Of a stretch of DNA of 64,000 bases, positions 33,059 to 42,236 are shown piece by piece. The notes under the pieces are model-generated. The model did not search any database. It was not told the DNA's origin and was given only the letters and a program-made list of their open reading frames with translations. Position 1 is the stretch's first letter. Every line of letters starts with the position of its first letter. The DNA comes from an uncultured Prevotella sp. (GTDB taxonomy: Bacteria; Bacteroidota; Bacteroidia; Bacteroidales; Bacteroidaceae), in assembly GCA_900320905.1 (NCBI GenBank), contig ONTZ01000013.1, positions 17,071 to 81,070 of the forward strand, in the 5' to 3' direction. The position numbers and the translations under genes were made by a program.

Positions 33059-35005
33059 TTACTTTTCGGCATTCTCGGCGTCAATGGCCTTGATCTTTTC
33101 ACGGACCAGGTTCATCTCGTCTTTCAACTTCTGTACCTTGCGGTTCATCTCGTCGATGAGGCTATTTCCCTTCTTGCTGCTGGCATTCAGGAAGCCGAGG
33201 TTGTTCTCGTAGGTCTGAACCTCTTGCTTGATGGCCTCGTACTGACGGAACAGACGGGCACGCTCATTGTCAAGTGCATTCTCTCCGCGCTCTGCTACCT
33301 GTTTCAGGTTTTGCTTGAAGTTGGTCAGACGTTTCTTGGCAACACTGATGTTCAGATCCTTATAGAGTTTGTCGAGTATGGCGTGATATTCCTCATAGAC
33401 CTTATCCTTCTCCTTGAAGGGAACATGACCGATAGCCTGATACTCCTCCACGAGTTGCTGTACTTTCTCCTGAAGACCTTCGCCAGCCTCTTCCGCGACA
33501 GCCTTCAGTTTTTCAATGACATCACGCTTTTTCTCAAGATTGGTGTGCTCTTCGCCACGCTGACCTGCACCGGCAGCATTGCGGGCCTCAAAGAACTTAT
33601 TGCAGGTACCAAGGAATTCCTCCCACAACTGGTCACCGAGTTTCTTGGGCACCATACCGATGGTCTTCCATTCTTTTTGGAGAGCAATCAACTTATCGCT
33701 GGTTGACTTCCAGTCAGTAGAATCTTGCAGGGCCTTGGCTTTCTCGATCAGGGCACGCTTCTTCTCGGCATTCTCCTTGAAGGTGTCCTTGAGCCCCTTG
33801 AAATACTGGGCCTTGCGACCGAAGAAATCATCGCAGGCAGCACGGAAACGCTCAAAGATCTTCACGTTCATCTTCTGGGGAGCGAAGCCGATGGTTTTCC
33901 ATTCAGCCTGAACGTCAATAATCGCCTTGGTATGTTTCTCCCAGTCGCTACTACTTTTGTTCTCCTCGGCGGCAATAGCCTCAACCTTTTCACAGAGGGC
34001 GGTTTTGCGGGCCAGATTATCCTCTTCCTTGGCACGGATGCCCTCGAAATGCTGTTGGTGACGCTTGTTGATAACGGTGGAAGCAGCCTTGAAACGATTC
34101 CATATCTCTTCACGCAGATCCTTGTTGACAGGACCGATCTCGCGGTATTCGGCGTGGAGTTTCTGTAACTGGTGGAAGGCACTGATGACATCCGTCTCGT
34201 CGGCCAGGCGCTCGGCGGCCTCACAGAGTTTGGTCTTCAGTTCGAGGTTCTTCTTGAAGTCGTATTCGCGAGCCTCGCTGTTCAGTTTCAGAAGGTCGTA
34301 GAACTGTTCCACATAGAGTTGGTAGTTACGCCAGAGTTCACTGGCTCTCTCTGCTGGCACGTTCTTGATCTCCTTCCACTCTGCCTGCAGGGCCTTGAAC
34401 TCCTGATAGGCTTTGTTTGCCTCCTCAGGAGAGGTAATCATCCCCTTGATTTTCTCAATAATGGCAAGTTTCTTCTCCAGGTTCTCCTGCTTCTCGGCTT
34501 CCTGTTCCTTGAAAAGTTTGGCGCGCTTCTCCTTGATGATGCCCATCTCAGCCTTGAAGACTTCTTCGTCCTCGTCAGGGGTAATCTGGTAGGCGTCTGG
34601 ATCGCCGCCACCGTCAAGGTAGGCCTTGAGGTTGGCTTCACGCTCGGCAAAGTGCAGTTTGTAGAAAACGGTCTTCAGATAGTCGATTTCTTCCTTCTGC
34701 AGAGGCTCGTCGCCATGGGCTATGTCCTTGATGCGGTCAATCACCTCCTTTTTGGTCTCGTAGACCTTCTGAGGTTGTTCTTCCTCGGCTGGAGCCTGTG
34801 CGTCTTCAACAGGAGCCTCCGTTTCTTCAATTGGAGCCTCTGCGCTTTGGGCTGGAGCCTCTGCGCTTTGGGCTGGAGCCTCTACATTTTCGGCTGGAGC
34901 CTCCGTTTCTGCGGTTGCTGGGGTTTCTACTTCAGGAGCAGTTGCTTCCTGGATAACTTCTTCTTTTACCTCCTGTTCGAGGATGTTGTCTTGAGAGTCC
35001 ATCAT
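33059..35005 (-). CDS. DUF349 domain protein
   Basis: Repeated LQ.EWK.IG.VP...LW..F units; acidic N-terminus with 21-bp EAP repeats (about 34788-34900). Confidence 0.9.
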   Translation of the reverse strand: MMDSQDNILEQEVKEEVIQEATAPEVETPATAETEAPAENVEAPAQSAEAPAQSAEAPIEETEAPVEDAQAPAEEEQPQKVYETKKEVIDRIKDIAHGDEPLQKEEIDYLKTVFYKLHFAEREANLKAYLDGGGDPDAYQITPDEDEEVFKAEMGIIKEKRAKLFKEQEAEKQENLEKKLAIIEKIKGMITSPEEANKAYQEFKALQAEWKEIKNVPAERASELWRNYQLYVEQFYDLLKLNSEAREYDFKKNLELKTKLCEAAERLADETDVISAFHQLQKLHAEYREIGPVNKDLREEIWNRFKAASTVINKRHQQHFEGIRAKEEDNLARKTALCEKVEAIAAEENKSSSDWEKHTKAIIDVQAEWKTIGFAPQKMNVKIFERFRAACDDFFGRKAQYFKGLKDTFKENAEKKRALIEKAKALQDSTDWKSTSDKLIALQKEWKTIGMVPKKLGDQLWEEFLGTCNKFFEARNAAGAGQRGEEHTNLEKKRDVIEKLKAVAEEAGEGLQEKVQQLVEEYQAIGHVPFKEKDKVYEEYHAILDKLYKDLNISVAKKRLTNFKQNLKQVAERGENALDNERARLFRQYEAIKQEVQTYENNLGFLNASSKKGNSLIDEMNRKVQKLKDEMNLVREKIKAIDAENAEK

Positions 35006-35101
35006 TTAACAATTAGTTACTGACTTGATTATGTTCACGCAATACTCCGCAAAATTAAATATAATTTTCGGAACCGCCTAATAATTAACATTCTTTATGT
35101 A

Positions 35102-36028
35102 TTAAACGAGCCTTTTGTGTCTGAAGAACCACCAGCAAATGCCAGAAACGCCAATGGAGAGGATGATGGCGATGATGAATCCCCAGGGCTTGGCTTCCAT
35201 GCCGTTGATGAGGTTCATGCCGAACATCGAGGTGATGAGTGTGGGAATCATCATGATGATGGTGACGGATGTAAGGGTACGCATCACCGTGTTCATATTG
35301 TTGTTGATGATACTTTGGTAGGTGTCCATTGTCGACTCAAGAATGTTAGAGTAGATAAGGGTGGTCTCGCGGGCCTGAGTCATCTCGATATTGACATCCT
35401 CGATAAGGTCGGCATCGAGTTCGTCAATTTGCAGTTTGAATTTTAGTTTGGAAAGCAGTGTCTCATTGCCTCGGATGGAGGTCTGGAAGTACGTGAGCGA
35501 GTCCTGCAGACGGCTCAGACCAATCAGGCTTTCGTTGTTCACTTCCTTGTCGAGGTTGCGCTTGGCTTTGTCGACGAGCATGGAGATTTGCTTCAGGCGT
35601 TTCAGGTACCAGACAGCACTGGAAAGGAAGAGACGGAAAATCATATCGACATGGTCGGTGAATCCCTCGCCGCGCTTCTGCTGGAACGAGACGAAATCAA
35701 TCATCATATTCGTCTCGTAGAAGCAGACGGTGATGGTGACGTCGCGCTTGTGGATGATACCGAGCGGTACGGTGGTATATGGCGTACGGCTCCGAATCTC
35801 CTTGACGTAGGGGATACGGAGGATGATGAGCATCCAACCGTCGTCGTATTCATAACGGGCACGCTCGTCGGTATCGCTGATGTCCGACATAAAGTAGTCG
35901 GGGATATTGAACTTCTCTTCGAGTTCGCGCTGGTCGTCTTCGGTGGGGCATGTCACCTGTATCCAGCAATTGGGCTGCCACTCTGTGAGTTGGCTCAGTC
36001 CGCCTTGGGTGTTCCAGAATGTCTTCAT
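35102..36028 (-). CDS. corA: Magnesium transporter CorA family
   Basis: FGMN signature between two C-terminal TMs. Confidence 0.92.
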   Translation of the reverse strand: MKTFWNTQGGLSQLTEWQPNCWIQVTCPTEDDQRELEEKFNIPDYFMSDISDTDERARYEYDDGWMLIILRIPYVKEIRSRTPYTTVPLGIIHKRDVTITVCFYETNMMIDFVSFQQKRGEGFTDHVDMIFRLFLSSAVWYLKRLKQISMLVDKAKRNLDKEVNNESLIGLSRLQDSLTYFQTSIRGNETLLSKLKFKLQIDELDADLIEDVNIEMTQARETTLIYSNILESTMDTYQSIINNNMNTVMRTLTSVTIIMMIPTLITSMFGMNLINGMEAKPWGFIIAIILSIGVSGICWWFFRHKRLV

Positions 36029-36031
36029 TGT

Positions 36032-36104
36032 GCTAATCCTTTTTTCGTTTTTGAAATGGTTTTAGCGGCAAAGGGATTAGCAGCCTTGCTCGCTATCCCC
36101 CGCC
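36032..36104 (-). promoter_or_regulatory. Candidate translational attenuator in the corA 5' leader
   Basis: Segment 36067-36081 can pair with either 36092-36104 or 36032-36043. Confidence 0.6.
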
Positions 36105-36105
36105 A

Positions 36106-36141
36106 TTACAAATCGTAATTGTCCGCCGGGTAATCGTCCAT
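36106..36141 (-). CDS. Putative corA leader peptide MDDYPADNYDL
   Basis: atg gac gat tac ccg gcg gac aat tac gat ttg taa, after an AT-rich leader and a TATCTTTG box at 36172-36179. Confidence 0.6.
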   Translation of the reverse strand: MDDYPADNYDL

Positions 36142-36180
36142 AATTATGTTACTAATTTGGTTTATCGGGTGCAAAGATAG

Positions 36181-36220
36181 AAAAAAATCGCGGACTTGCC
36201 AAGCAAATCCGCGATTTTTT
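36181..36220 (-). terminator. Terminator of pepD (bidirectional type)
   Basis: AAAAAAATCGCGGA...TCCGCGATTTTTT. Confidence 0.82.
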
Positions 36221-36226
36221 GTTATT

Positions 36227-37684
36227 TTATTTTTCGGGAATGTCCTCGAGGGCTTTTTTCAGGAGTTCCCAGAAAGGTGCTACGGTCTCGATGAGGGCAC
36301 GCTCAGTTGTAGTGTGAGGTGATTTCATCGTTGGACCGAATGACACGACATCAAGATGAGGATATTTGCCAAGAATGATAGAACACTCCAGTCCTGCATG
36401 GTCAACCTGAATAATGCCGTCCTTGCCGAAGAGGTCCTTATACTCTTTAAGTAGGAGGTGCAAGATCGGAGACTCTGGATTCGGATCCCAGCCACCATAC
36501 GAGCCGGCGGTCTCCACCTTCATGCCTGCCATATTGAAACAACTCTCCAGTGTCTTGACGATGTAGTCCTTCATATCTTCACGGCTACTGCGGGCCAGGA
36601 TCTTCAGCATGGACTTCCCTTCGCCGATCTCGATGATAGCGAGGTTACTGGAGGTCTCTACTACAGATGGATAACTGGGAATCATGCGGATTACACCGTC
36701 GTGACAGCCGTAGATGGCATTGATGAGATTATCCTGAATCTCTTGGGGGACTTCCATCTTCGGTGTTTCCACATCCTCACAGATGACTTCGATACCGCTC
36801 TCAATACCCTTGTATTCGTCGGTGAAGTCCTCGAGCCAGTCTTGGGCGAGTTCCTTGAGAGCCTCTACATTCTCCTTTGGCAATGTCAGCACGGCTTCGG
36901 CCTTGAATGGGATGGCATTACGCATATTGCCGCCCTGCCAAGAGGCTAAACGAGCCTCGCACTCTTCGATGGCTTCGCGGACGAGACGGACGAGCAGTTT
37001 GTTAGCGTTGGCCCGACCCTCATGGATCTCTAAACCGGAGTGTCCACCGCGCAAACCTTTCACCGTCACCTTCACTGCAGCGTCGTCAGGATCCGTCTCA
37101 GCCTCCTGATAGTCTAAGGTGGCAGTCACATTGATACCTCCGGCAGAGCCGATGACGAACTTGCCCCAGTGCTCTGAGTCGAGGTTCAGGAGGATGTCGC
37201 CATTGAGTTCTCCTTCAGGCAGTCCATTGGCTCCAAACATACCTGTCTCTTCGTCGGCAGTGATGAGGGCTTCGATAGGACCATGCTTCAAAGTCTTGTC
37301 TTCCATGATGGCCATGATGGAGGCTACGCCTAAGCCATTGTCTGCACCGAGGGTTGTGCCCTTTGCTTTCACCCACTCGCCATCAATCCAGGGTTGGATG
37401 GGATCGGTCTCGAAGTTATGGGTACTCTCGGGCGTCTTCTGTGGTACCATGTCCATGTGGGCCTGAAGGATGACGCCCTTTTTCTTCTCCATACCTGGAG
37501 AGGCAGGCTTGCGCATCACGATGTTGTCAGCAGGATCCTTGAAAGCCTCGACGCCTGCCTGTTTGGCGAAGTCGAGCAGGAACTGCTGGATTTTCTCCAA
37601 ATGTCCGCTCGGACGCGGTACTTGTGTCAGTGCATAAAAGTTCTTCCAGATGCACGCTGGGTTCAGATTCTTAATTTCACTCAT
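36227..37684 (-). CDS. pepD: Aminoacyl-histidine dipeptidase
   Basis: QAHMDMV, TTLGADNG, DEETG, GGHSG and HAGLEC motifs. Confidence 0.95.
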   Translation of the reverse strand: MSEIKNLNPACIWKNFYALTQVPRPSGHLEKIQQFLLDFAKQAGVEAFKDPADNIVMRKPASPGMEKKKGVILQAHMDMVPQKTPESTHNFETDPIQPWIDGEWVKAKGTTLGADNGLGVASIMAIMEDKTLKHGPIEALITADEETGMFGANGLPEGELNGDILLNLDSEHWGKFVIGSAGGINVTATLDYQEAETDPDDAAVKVTVKGLRGGHSGLEIHEGRANANKLLVRLVREAIEECEARLASWQGGNMRNAIPFKAEAVLTLPKENVEALKELAQDWLEDFTDEYKGIESGIEVICEDVETPKMEVPQEIQDNLINAIYGCHDGVIRMIPSYPSVVETSSNLAIIEIGEGKSMLKILARSSREDMKDYIVKTLESCFNMAGMKVETAGSYGGWDPNPESPILHLLLKEYKDLFGKDGIIQVDHAGLECSIILGKYPHLDVVSFGPTMKSPHTTTERALIETVAPFWELLKKALEDIPEK

Positions 37685-37686
37685 AG

Positions 37687-38733
37687 TTATGTTGTTTGAG
37701 GGTTTAAACGTTTCGTAAACGAGAGGGCTGCCCAACCGTAGATGCCAAGGGCAATCACGAGCATGGTCTGCACGGTGTGCACAATGAGTACAAACCAGAG
37801 GGCCTGTTCATCGGCCACACCATAGAGTATCAACATGGTCTTGATGGCAAAGTGCCACGGACCGGCACCGTTGGGGGTGGGTACGATGACGGCAAAGTTG
37901 GCTACCACAAAGGATACCAGTGCACAGCCGATACCGAGATTTGCTGTGAAGTCGAAGCAGAAGAAGGTGAGGTAGTAATGCAGGAAGTACATCACCCAGA
38001 TACCGACGGAGAAAAAGAGGTAGAGCGGCAGGTTCTTGATGCCCCGCAGGGAGAGCACGCCTTCCCAGATGCCACTCAGCGTCATTTTCACCTTATTATA
38101 TATAGAGAAGTTCTTCAGCAACAGGTGCAATAGAATCAGTACCGCCACGCCACAGATGGCCGTTACCAGCCAGCCTGTCAAAGAAAAGCCTTCTAAGATA
38201 CGATCGAGCGAGGTACCTGTCTTCTTAAAGAAGGTGCCAAAGATACTCATTTCTATCAGTAGGATAATGCCTGAGTAGAGCATCACAATCAGCGTGTCTA
38301 CGGCTCGTTCCGTCACCACCGTACCCAAAGCCTTGCTGAACGAAACGCCGTCGTAACGTTTCAGGATGGCACAGCGGGAGAACTCACCGATGCGCGGAAT
38401 CACCAGGCTGGCAGCATACGAAATGAATACAGCATGTATGCAGGTAGCATTGCGGGCTCGTATTTTCTGGCCGGAATACGGTTGCTTGGCTGTGTTTGGC
38501 GACAGGTCGTCAATGGGATCCAATGTCTGCTTCCATCGCCAGCCACGGAACATCTGCGCCAAGATACCGAAAGGAAATGAGAGTAGCATCCATGTCCAGT
38601 CCATCTCTTCCTTCAGCACATGACTGATGAGAGAGAGGTCCTCGCCACGGTACATCCACCACAAAATAGCACCACCCAAGATAAAGGGCAGCGCAATCTT
38701 TGCGATGTATGCAAGGATATTTTTCGTTTCCAT
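37687..38733 (-). CDS. Lysylphosphatidylglycerol synthase TM-domain (flippase-like) protein
   Basis: RGWRW, IPRIGE..R, V.ER..D and PTPNGAG motifs. Confidence 0.85.
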   Translation of the reverse strand: METKNILAYIAKIALPFILGGAILWWMYRGEDLSLISHVLKEEMDWTWMLLSFPFGILAQMFRGWRWKQTLDPIDDLSPNTAKQPYSGQKIRARNATCIHAVFISYAASLVIPRIGEFSRCAILKRYDGVSFSKALGTVVTERAVDTLIVMLYSGIILLIEMSIFGTFFKKTGTSLDRILEGFSLTGWLVTAICGVAVLILLHLLLKNFSIYNKVKMTLSGIWEGVLSLRGIKNLPLYLFFSVGIWVMYFLHYYLTFFCFDFTANLGIGCALVSFVVANFAVIVPTPNGAGPWHFAIKTMLILYGVADEQALWFVLIVHTVQTMLVIALGIYGWAALSFTKRLNPQTT

Positions 38734-38738
38734 TGGTG

Positions 38739-38848
38739 CAAAGGTACAAAAAAACACGGATTATAAAGATTATAAGGAGACTTTTTCAGAAAAAACACTA
38801 AAAAATCCTTATAATCCATATAATCCGTGTTTAAAATATGTAACTTTG
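38739..38848. repeat. Divergent-promoter cassette, copy 3 (inverted relative to copies 1 and 2)
   Basis: 75-bp core at 38755-38829; the reverse complement aligns to copy 1, including the -7 boxes. Confidence 0.88.
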
Positions 38849-38855
38849 TAGCCAA

Positions 38856-39641
38856 ATGAAACAAGTAAGACCGAAAAAGAATCTTGGTCAGCACTTTCTG
38901 ACCGATCTGAACATCGCCAAGCGGATTGCCGATACGGTGGATGAGCCGAATGCGGAACTGCCAGTGTTGGAAGTCGGTCCTGGAATGGGTGTCATGACAC
39001 AATATCTGGTGGAAAAGCCTCGCCCGTTGAAGGTCGTGGAGATAGACCGTGAGTCAGTGGCTTATCTTAGAGAAAACTTCCCCCGCCTTAATAATAATAT
39101 AATAGGTGGTGATTTTCTGCGGATGGACTTAAATGAAGTCTTCGACGGACAGCGGTTTGTACTGACGGGCAACTATCCCTATGATATCTCCTCACAGATT
39201 TTCTTCAAGATGCTCGACAACAAGGACTTGATTCCCTGTTGTACGGGAATGATCCAACACGAGGTGGCCGTACGTATGGCTGCCAAACCAGGGAATAAGC
39301 AGTATGGCATTCTTTCCGTGTTGATTCAGGCGTGGTATGATGTGGAGTATCTTTTTATGGTTGAACCGTCTGTCTTTAATCCTCCCCCAAAGGTGCAGAG
39401 CGCTGTCATTCGCATGACACGCAACGCCGTCACTGACCTCGGATGCGATGAAAAACTATTCAAACGCATCGTCAAGGCCACCTTCAACCAGCGACGTAAG
39501 ATGCTCCGAGTGTCTCTCCGCCAGATCTGCAATCCCCGACCAGAGTTTTTTGACGACCCGATGATGACCCGTCGTCCAGAACAACTCTCCATCTCTGAGT
39601 TTATTGCTTTGACAAACAAGGTCGCAACCGAATTGACATAA
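38856..39641 (+). CDS. rsmA: 16S rRNA dimethyladenosine transferase
   Basis: KKNLGQHFL, LEVGPGMG, GNYPY and FNPPPKVQSAV motifs. Confidence 0.96.
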   Translation: MKQVRPKKNLGQHFLTDLNIAKRIADTVDEPNAELPVLEVGPGMGVMTQYLVEKPRPLKVVEIDRESVAYLRENFPRLNNNIIGGDFLRMDLNEVFDGQRFVLTGNYPYDISSQIFFKMLDNKDLIPCCTGMIQHEVAVRMAAKPGNKQYGILSVLIQAWYDVEYLFMVEPSVFNPPPKVQSAVIRMTRNAVTDLGCDEKLFKRIVKATFNQRRKMLRVSLRQICNPRPEFFDDPMMTRRPEQLSISEFIALTNKVATELT

Positions 39642-39648
39642 TAGTCAG

Positions 39649-41820
39649 ATGAAACGGAACGCTCTATTGCTGATTCTTGTGGGACTGGTGCTGGTGACGT
39701 ATGGCCAGAGTGCCAGCCATAGGAAACTGTCGGGCTATGTGCGGCAGGCGGTGGTAGAGAACCGTCGTCTGCCATCGACGCGCAGTGTTCAGAGAGCGCG
39801 CTGTATCACGGCTTTTGTCAGAATGGAGGAGGGACAGGCAGAACAAATCCTTAGGAAATATGGCTGTAGGAAATATGCCCAGTGGGAGGATATCGTGATT
39901 GCGAGTATTCCATTAGAAAATGTGGAGGCATTGGCGACAGAACGTGCCGTGAGCCGTATTGAGGCGAATGGACGTGCCAGTGCCTTGATGGATACGACGG
40001 CTTTGGTGGTCAATGCCCTTCCCATCTATGAATCCTCCAACAGTCATCCTGCCTATACGGGGGCAGGGGTGGTCATCGGCGTTGAGGATGTGGGTTTTGA
40101 TTTGATGCACCCCAACTACTATGATGCTTCAGGCAGTCAATACCGTATCGGAGCCTTCTGGGACCAGTTGTCGAAGGATACCATTGGCAGTCCGTTACCT
40201 GTTGGTCGGGATTATATCGGGCAGGCAGAGATATTGGCTTACGGACAGTCCACCGATGCACCGACCCAGACGCATGGCACACATACCTCTGGTACAGCCG
40301 CAGGCAGTGGCTATGACACTAAGTACAGGGGGATGGCCTATGAGAGTGATATCTGTCTGGTGAGCAATGCTATCACCGATGATATTGAGTATATCGATTC
40401 TGCAGATATCTACAAATACACCACGGCCATTGACGCCTTGGGTATGCAATATTGCTTTGACTATGCCAGCCGACAGGGGAAACCATGTGTGGTATCTTTC
40501 AGTGAGGGTTATCATCCTTATCTCGATGAGGAAGATAGTCTCTTTTCAGCAGTGTTGGATCGTATGACAGGACCAGGTCGGATTATCGTCGCTTCTGCAG
40601 GCAATGAGAGCATAGAAAAGACCTACATCGAGAAACCTGCCGTCCAACAGGAGGCAGGGGCCTTTATCCATTGTTACAAGGAGTCGGCTGTGTACCGCCT
40701 GGTCTCTGCAGAGCCACTTAGGCTGATGCTCTATTATTACCGAGGTGATAGTGGTGTACCTACTGATACCCTTTCCTTAACCACTGCCGAGGTGGTTTAC
40801 GATAGTATTATGACTAAGGAACTGATCTGCGGGGAAGACTCTCTTTCACTGTCTGTCTATCGCAGTACATCTTCATTCATTGATGAGGATGTTTATCAGG
40901 TACTAGTGAAGGCTAACCATACCCTCGATGAGTTATCGCCATTGGCATTGGTCGTTGGAGGTGAGGGAGAAATCAAAGTCTATGGTGGATCGAGAATGGC
41001 TTTCAAGTCACATGAAGTGGACAGCCGGTGGTCAGCAGCCCAGAAGGGGCATGATATCCTTGCACCAGGCTGCTTTCCGGCGGTGATCTGTGTGGGAGCC
41101 ACCGCTCATCGAATGGAATATGTGAATGAAAAGGGTGCCGTACAGGGCACTTTGAGTGGAACTGTTCAGGGCTTGTTAGGCCCGTTTTCTTCAACAGGTC
41201 CTACGATAAGTGGACTGATGAAGCCCGATGTTGTGGCTCCGGGGGTCAATGTCATATCCTCTTATAGTCATATCTACCATCCTGAGAAATATATCGTCTC
41301 GTGGTCGGAATTCCAGGGAGAGCAATATCCCTGGGCATTGTATTCCGGCACCTCTATGTCAGCCCCTGTTGTGGCAGGCGTTATCGCTCTTTGGTTACAG
41401 GCCAAGCCTGATCTGACACCAGAAGAGGTGCTTCAGGTGCTGTCCCGTACTTGTCGGCAGCCTGACAGTACACTTACCTATCCGAATAATCATTATGGCT
41501 ATGGTGAGATTGACGCCTATCGGGGTCTGTTGGATATTCTGGGTCTGTCAAAGGTAGAGGGTATCAGCCTGCATCAGCCTCAGCAGGTGCAGATACGACC
41601 TGTAGGCCGTGGCCTGCGACTGCTTTTCGATGATGTCTTGCAGGCTCCTGTCATTATCCGACTCTACGATCTTTCTGGTGTCTGCATCTATTCAGAAAGA
41701 TTGGATATCAATGGTACAGAGATGACCATCGACCTTCCATCAGTTCAGGAAGACGTTTATGCCGTTCAAATTGAAACTCGGGACAAAACGATCCGTGGTT
41801 CCTGTTTGGTTAGGCTATAA
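39649..41820 (+). CDS. S8 subtilisin-like peptidase with probable T9SS C-terminal domain
   Basis: Catalytic triad D (GVED.GFD), H (HGTHTSG) and S (SGTSMSAP); C-terminal IRLYDLSG...VYAVQI. Confidence 0.9.
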   Translation: MKRNALLLILVGLVLVTYGQSASHRKLSGYVRQAVVENRRLPSTRSVQRARCITAFVRMEEGQAEQILRKYGCRKYAQWEDIVIASIPLENVEALATERAVSRIEANGRASALMDTTALVVNALPIYESSNSHPAYTGAGVVIGVEDVGFDLMHPNYYDASGSQYRIGAFWDQLSKDTIGSPLPVGRDYIGQAEILAYGQSTDAPTQTHGTHTSGTAAGSGYDTKYRGMAYESDICLVSNAITDDIEYIDSADIYKYTTAIDALGMQYCFDYASRQGKPCVVSFSEGYHPYLDEEDSLFSAVLDRMTGPGRIIVASAGNESIEKTYIEKPAVQQEAGAFIHCYKESAVYRLVSAEPLRLMLYYYRGDSGVPTDTLSLTTAEVVYDSIMTKELICGEDSLSLSVYRSTSSFIDEDVYQVLVKANHTLDELSPLALVVGGEGEIKVYGGSRMAFKSHEVDSRWSAAQKGHDILAPGCFPAVICVGATAHRMEYVNEKGAVQGTLSGTVQGLLGPFSSTGPTISGLMKPDVVAPGVNVISSYSHIYHPEKYIVSWSEFQGEQYPWALYSGTSMSAPVVAGVIALWLQAKPDLTPEEVLQVLSRTCRQPDSTLTYPNNHYGYGEIDAYRGLLDILGLSKVEGISLHQPQQVQIRPVGRGLRLLFDDVLQAPVIIRLYDLSGVCIYSERLDINGTEMTIDLPSVQEDVYAVQIETRDKTIRGSCLVRL

Positions 41821-41976
41821 CCTTTATCATCCAATCGTTTTTTTTGCCGTTATCGCGCACAATTTGTCTGTGTTCGCACACAACCACTTGATTTACATCA
41901 AAAGAAATACAGTTTTTATGCAAAAGATGCTAGTAATTCATTGCAGATTGCCAAAATCGTCGTACCTTTGCATCGT

Positions 41977-42195
41977 CAATCAGAGATGATGACAATTCAA
42001 TAGAAAGTTAGTTAAGGTAAAAGATTCGTTTTGTTAGAGTTAATTGAATAGAAAAAGGTTATAGAAAAGTTAGAAGTTAGTTAGAAAAGTTAGTGATTAG
42101 GTTTTAAGTTTTGATTGGTTAGGTATTACAGAGGTAATAAGATTGTTAGAAGAAAAGGATAATGCAACCACGTCGTGATGACGGAATTGCTTACT
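41977..42195 (+). ncRNA. Candidate sRNA with repeated GUUAG motifs
   Basis: TACCTTTG box at 41963-41970, no ORF, 8 GTTAG copies, 3' hairpin at 42164-42190. Confidence 0.55.
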
Positions 42196-42236
42196 TAGAA
42201 AAAGGTTTTTAGTTATTCATAGATTGTTGGTGCCGC

